This document shows positions 1 through 9,270 of a DNA stretch of 24,000 bases, piece after piece (the first letter of the stretch is position 1; every line of letters starts with the position of its first letter). Under the pieces are notes generated by a model. It was given only the letters and a program-made list of their open reading frames with translations. It ran no database searches and was not told the DNA's origin. A program made the position numbers and the translations under genes. Source of the DNA: Waterburya sp. (GTDB taxonomy: Bacteria > Cyanobacteriota > Cyanobacteriia > Cyanobacteriales > Xenococcaceae); assembly GCA_965214815.1 (NCBI GenBank), contig CBDCCL010000002.1, forward strand, positions 610,458-634,457, written 5' to 3'.

Positions 1-89
1 TTGGCAAAGTTAGCTAGAGGCTTAATTGCTAAGACACTATTTACCAGGCGAGAAGCGATGCTAATTTTGGTTTTGGTAGTAGCACTCAT
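1..89 (-). CDS. 5' end of a CDS that runs off the left edge (MSATTKTKISIASRLVNSVLAIKPLANFA...); possibly a class I SAM-dependent methyltransferase
   Basis: Reverse complement of 1-89 starts with ATG (87-89) and stays open to the window edge. The IKPLANFA motif resembles N-termini of cyanobacterial/plastid methyltransferases as I recall them. It is not in the ORF track because it is truncated. Confidence 0.35.
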   Translation of the reverse strand, partial: MSATTKTKISIASRLVNSVLAIKPLANFA

Positions 90-168
90 CAGATAGAGAC
101 ATTATTAGATTGTTCTTATTGTATGATGCTGGCTGATTAATAGAAATGGAGCAAGGGCGATCGCTCTT

Positions 169-210
169 AAAAATCGAATTGATTACAGCCAAAGGCGATA
201 CTGAATCAAT
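169..210 (-). terminator. Putative Rho-independent terminator after pstA
   Basis: On the minus strand, a 7-bp stem (ATTGATT 178-184 pairing with AATCAAT 204-210) is followed by TCGATTTTT (forward AAAAATCGA 169-177). It lies about 20 nt downstream of the pstA stop. Confidence 0.4.
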
Positions 211-228
211 CCAATTTAATTAATATAA

Positions 229-1125
229 TTAATATGTACGTTTTGCAGTTGCTAGACGAGAAATAATGCTGGTAAGCAAAACTAACACTACTAAAATAAA
301 CGCTGCTGCCCAGGCTAATTCCTGCTGATTTTTAAACGGTACGATCGCAAAATTATAAACTAAGACTGATAAAGAAGCAGTTGGTTCTACTAGTAAATTG
401 TCCCAGTTGGGCCAAAACTGGGTAAACAATGCGGTAAAGAGCAAAGGAGCGGTTTCTCCCGCAGCACGAGCCACCGCCAGAGTAATGCCCGTAATGATTG
501 CGGGCAAAGCAGCAGGTAATACTACCTGCAACACGGTTTGATATCTATTTGCCCCAATGCCGACTGATGCTTGACGTACATCTTGAGGAACAAGCTTTAA
601 AGATTCGTCGGTAGTACGAACAATAATTGGCAACATTAATATTGATAAGGCAAAACCACCAGCCCAAGCGGAATAAGTTTTGGTGGTCAAAACAACCGCA
701 CTATAGGCAAATACGCCCACAATAATTGAGGGGACTCCACTTAGAACGTTAGTAGCAAAGCGAATCCAGTCTGAAACTTTTCCCTCATTAAATTCTGAGA
801 GGTAAATTGCTGCCATAATGCCGATGGGAACGCTAATCAACGCGCCAATTCCTACCATAATAATTGTCCCCACAATAGCATTACCAAAACCACCGCCGTC
901 TACTAAAGGAGGAGGAGGTAACTCGGTAAAGACAGAAGCGGACAATGAACCAATCCCTTTAGTTATTAAGTAAGTCAGAATAATAAATAGCGGAATAATT
1001 GCTAGCAAGGTAAATAAGCCAGCAATGCCACTCATAATTAATCCAAACAAGGTGCGAGGAGAAGTTGGATTTCGCTTGAGGCTAACAACTTCAAAATCTG
1101 TTTTTTTTAGGTTGGGTGTAGTCAT
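229..1125 (-). CDS. pstA: Phosphate ABC transporter permease PstA
   Basis: 298-aa polytopic membrane ORF. It has the EAA-loop region IGANRYQTVLQVVLPAALPAIITG and the PstA-type signature AAGETAPLLFTA. Confidence 0.93.
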   Translation of the reverse strand: MTTPNLKKTDFEVVSLKRNPTSPRTLFGLIMSGIAGLFTLLAIIPLFIILTYLITKGIGSLSASVFTELPPPPLVDGGGFGNAIVGTIIMVGIGALISVPIGIMAAIYLSEFNEGKVSDWIRFATNVLSGVPSIIVGVFAYSAVVLTTKTYSAWAGGFALSILMLPIIVRTTDESLKLVPQDVRQASVGIGANRYQTVLQVVLPAALPAIITGITLAVARAAGETAPLLFTALFTQFWPNWDNLLVEPTASLSVLVYNFAIVPFKNQQELAWAAAFILVVLVLLTSIISRLATAKRTY

Positions 1126-1167
1126 AGTCTTATTAGTTATTAATTAAATTGGGATATTCTTGCCTTG

Positions 1168-2064
1168 CTAAATTTTTTGTAGTCTAGTTACTAATAACTG
1201 AGCCAGAATATTCACGACTAAAGTAATAAAAAACAAAATTAAAGCTGCATACATCAAAGCTGCTACCTGTAAACCGCTGGCTTCGGCAAACTGATTGGCT
1301 AAAAGTGAAGAAACAGTATTAGAAGGTTGAAATACCGAAGCACTAACTCGATTTGAGTTACCGATCAACATAGTTACCGCCATCGTTTCTCCCAAAGCTC
1401 GACCCAAAGCCAGCATAATTCCGCCGATAATTCCTGAAGATGCAGCAGGTAAAATTATTTGTAAGATAGCTTCCCAACGAGTAGCTCCCAAGCCAACCGC
1501 AGCCTGGCGCAAACCTATATCCACATTAGTAACAGCATCCCGTGAAATTGCAGCAATTGTTGGCAAAATCATTACTGATAAAATCAAGGCAGCAGGCAAC
1601 ATTCCTGGCCCTCTAAGGGGGGTAAAACTCTTGAGAAAAGGAATTAAGACAAAAATTCCCCACAAACCGTATACGACGCTAGGAACTGCTGCTAATAGCT
1701 CTACTAAAAAAACAATAACTCTTTGTACTGTTGGGGGTAGATAGTCTTCACTTAAGAAAATAGCTACTCCTAAACCGATCGGTACTGAAATCGCTAGAGC
1801 AATAAGTGAGCTTACCAAAGTACCGTAAATTGCGGGCCAAACTCCATACTGACTTTCAACAGGATTCCAGCTACTCGTAGTAATAAACTTTAGACCGAAC
1901 TCTTGAATAGCTGGCAGGGCAGCGATCGCTACTTGAATTGTAATCCAGATCAAAACCCCCGCCACAGCAAAAGCTAATATTTTTGTTAGCCAATAAAAAC
2001 TATTGTCTAAACTTCTTTCCACTCCCGATCGAGACTCTATTGTGCGTTTTTTAACGTTATTCAT
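1168..2064 (-). CDS. pstC: Phosphate ABC transporter permease PstC
   Basis: 298-aa polytopic membrane ORF with LGATRWEAILQIILPAASSGIIGG and the PstC-type GRALGETMAVTMLIGN. It lies immediately upstream of pstA (42-bp gap) on the same strand. Confidence 0.93.
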   Translation of the reverse strand: MNNVKKRTIESRSGVERSLDNSFYWLTKILAFAVAGVLIWITIQVAIAALPAIQEFGLKFITTSSWNPVESQYGVWPAIYGTLVSSLIALAISVPIGLGVAIFLSEDYLPPTVQRVIVFLVELLAAVPSVVYGLWGIFVLIPFLKSFTPLRGPGMLPAALILSVMILPTIAAISRDAVTNVDIGLRQAAVGLGATRWEAILQIILPAASSGIIGGIMLALGRALGETMAVTMLIGNSNRVSASVFQPSNTVSSLLANQFAEASGLQVAALMYAALILFFITLVVNILAQLLVTRLQKI

Positions 2065-2461
2065 AAAATTTGATGATTATTATGTAGTTTTAGACAATAT
2101 CGATTTTAAATATTTTTTTCAATATTGTACTAACGTAAGACTTAGCAAACGAAAATTATTTTATTTTTTAAATAACCACTCCGTCATGTAGCGCGATCTA
2201 CTCTATTTTAGAGATAACTATCGAGCAAATTTTTTTGCCAATTATTTATGTCAATCGCTAATTTTTCGCTTCTTTAATAATTCTCAATAATATAAGCTTT
2301 TGCTGTATATCGTAATAATTTATTTACCTTATTAGCATTAAGCTTTGGTAAAATTAAGGTTATATAAGATTAACTTAAATCGATACAAACACTCGGCAAT
2401 TTATTATTTTACAGGTCTAACGCTTTGTAAAATGTTTTTCCTAAAATTTTGATAAGGTAAT

Positions 2462-2572
2462 ATGTTAGCTACAGAAACTAGATCGGATGCGACCTGGAAG
2501 CGTGGGCTGCGCCCAATCGCGCCTTTGCTTGAAAAACCTAATTACGCTAAGCTCGATAAGCGATTAAATTAA
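2462..2572 (+). CDS. Speculative 36-aa ORF (MLATETRSDATWKRGLRPIAPLLEKPNYAKLDKRLN) in a GC-rich island upstream of bcp
   Basis: An ATG-to-TAA ORF coincides with a locally GC-rich patch inside an otherwise very AT-rich spacer. I recognise no homology. Confidence 0.12.
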   Translation: MLATETRSDATWKRGLRPIAPLLEKPNYAKLDKRLN

Positions 2573-2588
2573 AGAGGATATATCGATT

Positions 2589-3023
2589 ATGACTTTATCA
2601 GTAGGCACGAGCGCACCAGCTTTTACAACTGTAGATGATGAAGGCAATAGCGTCTCTCTAAGCGATTTTAAAGAAAAAACTGTCGTTCTTTATTTCTATC
2701 CCAAAGATGACACTCCAGGCTGTACCAAGCAAGCGCAAAGCTTCCGCGATAATTTTACTGAATATCAAAACAAAGATATGGTAGTGCTTGGTGTCAGTCA
2801 GGACGATCGCGCATCTCATCAGAAATTTAAAGAGAAATACAATCTTCCATTTAAACTACTAGTCGATAGTGACGGCACACTTACTAAAGCTTACGATGTT
2901 GACGGTGGTGGATATGCCAAGCGCGTCACCTATATTATTGATGGTAATGGTGAAATCTCCAAAGTTGATAGCAACGTCAATACTAGTACTCATGCCACAG
3001 ATGTTTTATCTAGTATGAGTTAG
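2589..3023 (+). CDS. bcp: Thioredoxin-dependent peroxiredoxin, BCP/PrxQ type
   Basis: 144 aa with the peroxidatic-Cys motif FYPKDDTPGCTKQA and a typical AhpC/TSA fold sequence. The Shine-Dalgarno-like AAGAGGA lies 9 nt upstream. Confidence 0.9.
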   Translation: MTLSVGTSAPAFTTVDDEGNSVSLSDFKEKTVVLYFYPKDDTPGCTKQAQSFRDNFTEYQNKDMVVLGVSQDDRASHQKFKEKYNLPFKLLVDSDGTLTKAYDVDGGGYAKRVTYIIDGNGEISKVDSNVNTSTHATDVLSSMS

Positions 3024-3063
3024 TCTATTAACTGAAATAAGATTTAATTGCCAGTAATTTTTC

Positions 3064-3099
3064 GGTAGCAATATACTCATTTTTTACTATATTGCTACC
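3064..3099. terminator. Perfect 12-bp inverted repeat hairpin between convergent genes
   Basis: GGTAGCAATATA (3064-3075), a 12-nt loop, then TATATTGCTACC (3088-3099). It sits between the bcp stop (3023) and the stop of the minus-strand gene (3210). No clean U-tract follows on either strand. Confidence 0.35.
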
Positions 3100-3209
3100 A
3101 ACTAAAGTACAATTAGACAAAAGTCCCGTCACAGAAGCTTTTACAGACTAAGCAACGACAACGGGATTTAGACTATTTATAACGAATATTATTGCAATCG
3201 AGATTGAAA

Positions 3210-3836
3210 TTAGCGCAGGAAACAACTGACTAACCAGAATAAGCAAAAAGTTACTGCCGAGGCGAACTGATCTCCACCGAGAACGGTAACGCCACCTTGA
3301 CCGAGAAGTAAGTTAGCTAACCCTGTACCGAGAGCGATTCCAGCGAATAGAGTAATAAAACTAATTAAAAAAGCCCTTCCCGATCGCCCTTCTTTGCGAT
3401 TTAAAAAGTAGATATTAGCGATAAAGCCTAAAGCCATCAATAGAGGAAGTATAGAAGCTTCTGTATTTTGAGAAAATACCGCGATCGCTGATAGAGTGAG
3501 AAAAATTCCTGTCGGCCAAAGAATATCAGCTTGAGAAGGTGTATCGATTAACTCCTGTAACCACGCAGCCGAATCGGGCTTAGTAATTTGAGGAACTTTT
3601 AAAGTTTTGCTCGCATTGCGTTCGGGAAACCGAATTTTTTCGGGGACTTTAATTTTACCTTCTTGGCGCAATCGCAGGCGATCCATAATAATTGAGTCGT
3701 AAGCGATTTCTACCTCTTCTAAGACGGCACTATCATTACTGTGGCGATCGTCAAGTCGTTTTTTGGCAGCCTGTATTTCTTCAAAAGAAGAATTTTCTGT
3801 GACCCCAAGTTGTTCGTAGGGATTTTGTTCGCTCAT
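3210..3836 (-). CDS. J-like domain membrane protein (DUF3353 / CPP1-CDF1-like)
   Basis: The N-terminus PYEQLGVTENSSFEEIQAAKKRL is J-domain-like but has no HPD tripeptide. The C-terminal half has 3-4 hydrophobic helices. This architecture matches cyanobacterial homologues of the plant CPP1/CDF1 chaperone as I recall them. Confidence 0.8.
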   Translation of the reverse strand: MSEQNPYEQLGVTENSSFEEIQAAKKRLDDRHSNDSAVLEEVEIAYDSIIMDRLRLRQEGKIKVPEKIRFPERNASKTLKVPQITKPDSAAWLQELIDTPSQADILWPTGIFLTLSAIAVFSQNTEASILPLLMALGFIANIYFLNRKEGRSGRAFLISFITLFAGIALGTGLANLLLGQGGVTVLGGDQFASAVTFCLFWLVSCFLR

Positions 3837-3895
3837 CTCTTAACCTGTACTTTATATATTAATCTTAAATTATTTAGCGATGCTAAACGTTTGTC

Positions 3896-4111
3896 TCAAT
3901 AAACTTCCCAAAAGCCAAATGCTGGTCCAATAAATCTGACGGTAAACCAAACAGCAATCATTATACCTATGCCAATCCAAGCCCCTTTAGTCGTAAGTTT
4001 GATAAATTTTTCCGATTGAGCTTTAGTGATAGGTACCCAGGGTAGAATTCTTTCTGATTCTCGACCATATTGTTTTCCTAATGCTGCTTTTCGGCGTTTT
4101 GATTCTCCCAT
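3896..4111 (-). CDS. Small conserved cyanobacterial membrane protein (DUF2839-like)
   Basis: 71 aa with a basic N-terminus MGESKRRKAALGKQYG and one C-terminal TM helix. It is on the same strand as, and 59 bp upstream of, the J-like protein gene. The family name is from memory. Confidence 0.65.
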   Translation of the reverse strand: MGESKRRKAALGKQYGRESERILPWVPITKAQSEKFIKLTTKGAWIGIGIMIAVWFTVRFIGPAFGFWEVY

Positions 4112-4594
4112 AATATTAACTGTTAATTTATTAAGTAAGCTACAAATTTTTTAATCATCAGCTAATTGCCAGGTTTTTCTTAAATCGATCTTAATTGGCA
4201 AAAGGCTCAAGATCGCTGTCAGCGAAAAATTGTTAATACTTCGATCATAGCGTTTTATGGTCGAGCAATAAACCTGTTTTATGTCTACATTTTATTAATA
4301 ATAATGAACCTTTCAAAAGCGGTTTTCTGTGATTTGACGAGGGACTCCGCGTCGTTATTTAGATGCCGAACAACCCTACATTCGATGGCACAACTTCTTT
4401 GATGTTCAAGATTATTTAGCGACTCGATGGCAGATAAGTTAATAATCAGTGAGCTTAGGATACATCTATGGCTTTTGTCTAACCGCTTCTATATTATAAA
4501 TATAAAAATATAAAGAAAATACGCGAACAAACATTTTAATAGCTCAAAATCTCGATCGACTCGATCTAGCTCGGGCATTACTATTTAAGCATAA

Positions 4595-6100
4595 ATGAAA
4601 AATCAGGCAGAAGAAAAACCAGACTTTAGCAGAGTTTCCACGGGAATTCTGGCACTCGATGGCATCCTGTGGGGTGGGCTACCAAAAGGAGAAATTTATT
4701 TAGTCAATGGCCCACCAGGCACGGGTAAGACAATTTTGGCACTGCACTTTCTGCAAGCTGGTATTGATGCTGGTGAAAAAGTATTGTGCATTGCTCTTTC
4801 GCAAAGGATTGAGAGTGTCAAGCAGACCGCTAAGTCTGTAGGGATAGATCCTTCAAAAATAGTATTTCACGAGCTTAGTAGTGCGGATGCTTTAAGATCG
4901 ATCGTCGAGCGACAGACGGTGTTCGACACTTCCGAAATTGAGTTGGAAGAAACCATGACTGCTTTTACTAAGGCGATCGAGACTATACAGCCCGATCGCC
5001 TTATTTTTGACGGCATTTCCTATCTGCGGATGCTGGCTAACGATCCTCTTACCTATCGACAGCAGCTTTTAACCATTAGAGACTATATGGTAGACAAAAA
5101 TATTACGGTGCTGCTAACCGACGATCGCCAATTAGTTCCTGGGGAGGGGGAATTGGAGTCGCTCGCTCACGGAGTTATTTCTCTTTCTCAAGAAAAGACG
5201 GAATATGGTAGCGTTCATCGCTATCTCAGAATTCAAAAAATTCGCGGTAGCCAATACCAACAGGGTAGCCACGATCTCGAAATTACCAGTCAAGGGATTA
5301 AAGTATATCCCAACTGGCAAAATAACATAGGTCATCAACAACCCAAAGAGAAGCAAATTACTAGCGGATTAGCAGGATTAGATACTTTAATTGGCGGAGG
5401 TCTGTTGACGGGAACATCTTGCTTGCTAGTCGGTCCTTCGGGTACGGGCAAAACGTCTATAGCATCCCTATTTGCGAATAATTTTGCCAAGCAGGGAGGT
5501 AAAGTTTCTATTTTTCTTTTTGATGAGCTATTAAGTACTTTCCTCCGTCGCTCAAAGGGTTTGGGAATGAAGATCGAGCAATTTATAGAGCAGGATTTGA
5601 TTCGCTGCCAGGAAATTAGCCTGAGCAACATCAGTCCTGGAAAATTTGCCGACTCAGTAAGGCACGAGGTTGTAGACTGGGGGGCAGATATAGTGATTAT
5701 CGACACTTTAACAGGCTATCTCAACTCCATGCCCGATTCTAAGAAGCTAGTCGCTCAAATGCACGAATTGCTTAACTATCTAAGTCGTCGGGGTGTACTA
5801 TCATTTTTAGTAGTGGCTCAACACGGAGTTGTCGCTCCCAATCTAGATATGCCTATAGGCATTAGCTATTTAGCCGATACGGTACTGCTGCTGCGACATT
5901 TTGAAGCTGACGGAACTTTACGCCAAGCAATTAGCGTCTACAAAAAACGCTACGGCAATCACGAACGGCGCATTCGCGAGCTACGCTTTCAACCTGGCAG
6001 CATTGAAATTGGCAAGCCTCTGAATCAGTTCTCTGGCATTCTCTCTGGAAGTCCAGCTTATCAAGGTAAGGCGCAGAATTTGTTCGATAGTCATGAATAG
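4595..6100 (+). CDS. KaiC-family double RecA-like ATPase (orphan KaiC homologue)
   Basis: 501 aa with two tandem domains, each carrying a Walker A (GPPGTGKT, GPSGTGKT). The blocks LRIQKIRGSQY, ISVYKKRYGNH and SGILSGSP are colinear with KaiC. Confidence 0.9.
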   Translation: MKNQAEEKPDFSRVSTGILALDGILWGGLPKGEIYLVNGPPGTGKTILALHFLQAGIDAGEKVLCIALSQRIESVKQTAKSVGIDPSKIVFHELSSADALRSIVERQTVFDTSEIELEETMTAFTKAIETIQPDRLIFDGISYLRMLANDPLTYRQQLLTIRDYMVDKNITVLLTDDRQLVPGEGELESLAHGVISLSQEKTEYGSVHRYLRIQKIRGSQYQQGSHDLEITSQGIKVYPNWQNNIGHQQPKEKQITSGLAGLDTLIGGGLLTGTSCLLVGPSGTGKTSIASLFANNFAKQGGKVSIFLFDELLSTFLRRSKGLGMKIEQFIEQDLIRCQEISLSNISPGKFADSVRHEVVDWGADIVIIDTLTGYLNSMPDSKKLVAQMHELLNYLSRRGVLSFLVVAQHGVVAPNLDMPIGISYLADTVLLLRHFEADGTLRQAISVYKKRYGNHERRIRELRFQPGSIEIGKPLNQFSGILSGSPAYQGKAQNLFDSHE

Positions 6101-7232
6101 CAAATCTAGTTCCCGCTCTCGTCTCCCTGCCAAAGAACACATCGTTTTGTCAGCTAGCATCGGGCGAAATGCCACAGTATTGCGACAGGCTCTCGAATCT
6201 CAGGGTTTCGTCTGCGTCAGTGCGCCTACAGTTCGAGCAGTGGTCGATGCTATTGAAACGGATGCCTCTTTGATAGTGATTACCGAGGAAGTACTAGCAA
6301 CCGAGAAAAAGATTAGAGATTTAACCCAATGCCTCAACAACCAGCCAGAGTGGTCGGATATTCCCGTGATTCTGCTGCTCAAAGATTGTCGGCGGTTTCC
6401 CTCTTGTATGACTTTTCTGCGTAAGGAAGAATATTTCGGCAGTCTTGTTCTGTTAGAAATGCCAATTAAGCAGCACGAATTTATCTCGGTAGTTCGCTCT
6501 GGTCTGCAAAATCGGCGACAGCAATATGTCCTGCGCGATACCCTATATCAGCTTCGAGAAAGTAACCAGGCGTTAGAAAACTTTAGTCATATGGTAGCCC
6601 ACGAACTGCGTAATCCCCTCAATGCAACCGTTGGCAGTCTGGAAATGTTGACTAACGACAACTCTCTTAATGCGATGGCGCGAAAAGTAGCGCACATAGC
6701 GTATCGCTCGGCAAGAAACCTAGATCGGACAATTCAGGCAATGTTGGACTATGGCAAGCTCAAAGTTCAGGAAAACATCACTTTTAAGTCGGTTGACATG
6801 AATTTGGTAGTGGAACAAGCGGTGTTAAATTTACAGCAAGTGATTGCCGACAGACAGGTAAAAATAAATTGGAATCAATTACCAACCGTACAAGGTAACG
6901 AGCAGTTACTAATCCAATTGACAAGCAATTTAATTAAAAATGCGATCGTTCATAATATTTCCGACTCTCTAGAAATTAACATTTCCGCACATCCGCAGAG
7001 CCAACGGTGGGAGCTTTGCGTAACCGATAATGGTTCGGGTATTTCTGTTCGCAACCAAAAAAAGATCTTTGCTCTATTTGAACGGGCAGACAGTAACCAA
7101 GCACAAGGCAGCGGTATCGGTCTTGCACTATGCCGTCGCATTGTAGAACTACATCAGGGAATCATTGACGTGCGATCGCAACCGAACCAAGGCAGCACTT
7201 TTCGTTTCGACCTGGCAGCAGCTAGAGAATGA
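6093..7232 (+). CDS. Histidine kinase with N-terminal receiver-like (pseudo-receiver) domain
   Basis: The H-box is FSHMVAHELRNPLN, the N-box LIKNAIVHN, G1 DNGSGI and G2 GSGIGLALC. The N-terminal ~125 aa has a receiver-like beta-alpha pattern but no acidic pocket. The start overlaps the upstream stop in ATGAATAG. Confidence 0.9.
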   Translation: MNSKSSSRSRLPAKEHIVLSASIGRNATVLRQALESQGFVCVSAPTVRAVVDAIETDASLIVITEEVLATEKKIRDLTQCLNNQPEWSDIPVILLLKDCRRFPSCMTFLRKEEYFGSLVLLEMPIKQHEFISVVRSGLQNRRQQYVLRDTLYQLRESNQALENFSHMVAHELRNPLNATVGSLEMLTNDNSLNAMARKVAHIAYRSARNLDRTIQAMLDYGKLKVQENITFKSVDMNLVVEQAVLNLQQVIADRQVKINWNQLPTVQGNEQLLIQLTSNLIKNAIVHNISDSLEINISAHPQSQRWELCVTDNGSGISVRNQKKIFALFERADSNQAQGSGIGLALCRRIVELHQGIIDVRSQPNQGSTFRFDLAAARE

Positions 7233-7378
7233 AATATCCCCAGGGCAACAGTAGCTTGTATTAGCTGTTTGTTTGAAGTAAGATTAAAAATTTGTAGCAA
7301 CATAGGACAGCAGGATTTTCGGAAAAAATTGTAGCGAGTTGACAGTTGACATTTGCTGTCGGGTGATTGTTTGTAGTA

Positions 7379-7419
7379 GCGATCGCTCTTTAAGCAAAGC
7401 GATCGAACCAAGCGATCGA
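7379..7419. repeat. Cluster of one HIP1 octamer and two HIP1-like heptamers
   Basis: GCGATCGC sits at 7379-7386, with GCGATCGA at 7399-7406 and 7412-7419. All lie in the spacer upstream of pyrG. Confidence 0.8.
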
Positions 7420-7484
7420 TATTAGTTTATTAGTTAGAGATTGTATTTTACACAAAACTGACAAATTGAGTAGAAAAAATCTAA

Positions 7485-9158
<1,674 letters not shown>

Positions 9159-9270
9159 TTTAGCCAAAAATTAACTATTCAAGTTTGGTTCTGACGTTGA
9201 TTTACAATAACCTTTTAATACTGAGACAGAACAATCTCGATCGCTTCATTAATAAATCTTATCGAACATT

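Noticed and set aside
2003-2191. 62-aa plus-strand ORF overlapping the pstC start
   Set aside because: It overlaps the pstC N-terminus antisense and continues into AT-rich spacer. The translation is Phe/Tyr/Asn-rich, as expected for AT-rich noise.
2336-2380. Possible Pho boxes (SphR sites) upstream of pstC
   Set aside because: Several TTAA-centred octamers are present, for example CTTAATTT on the minus strand. They are spaced 16 bp apart rather than the 11-bp tandem spacing I recall for cyanobacterial Pho boxes. In DNA this AT-rich, TTAA cores are expected by chance.
4505-4521. 17-nt exact match AAAATATAAAGAAAATA shared between 4505-4521 and 19370-19386
   Set aside because: Both sites are low-complexity A/T tandem tracts (AAATATAAAG-like units). 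A match of this type is plausible by chance in AT-rich spacers, and nothing else around the two sites is similar.
5132-6382. Minus-strand ORFs 5132-5356, 5335-5706, 5931-6140, 5981-6175 and 6200-6382
   Set aside because: All lie antisense inside the well-supported KaiC-like and histidine kinase CDS. They have low-complexity, motif-free translations and are typical shadow ORFs.
6950-7411. Minus-strand ORFs 6950-7141 and 7154-7411
   Set aside because: The first is antisense to the kinase ATP-binding domain. The second spans the kinase stop and a repeat-rich spacer, with a Cys/Ser/Arg-rich translation and no start context. I treat both as spurious.
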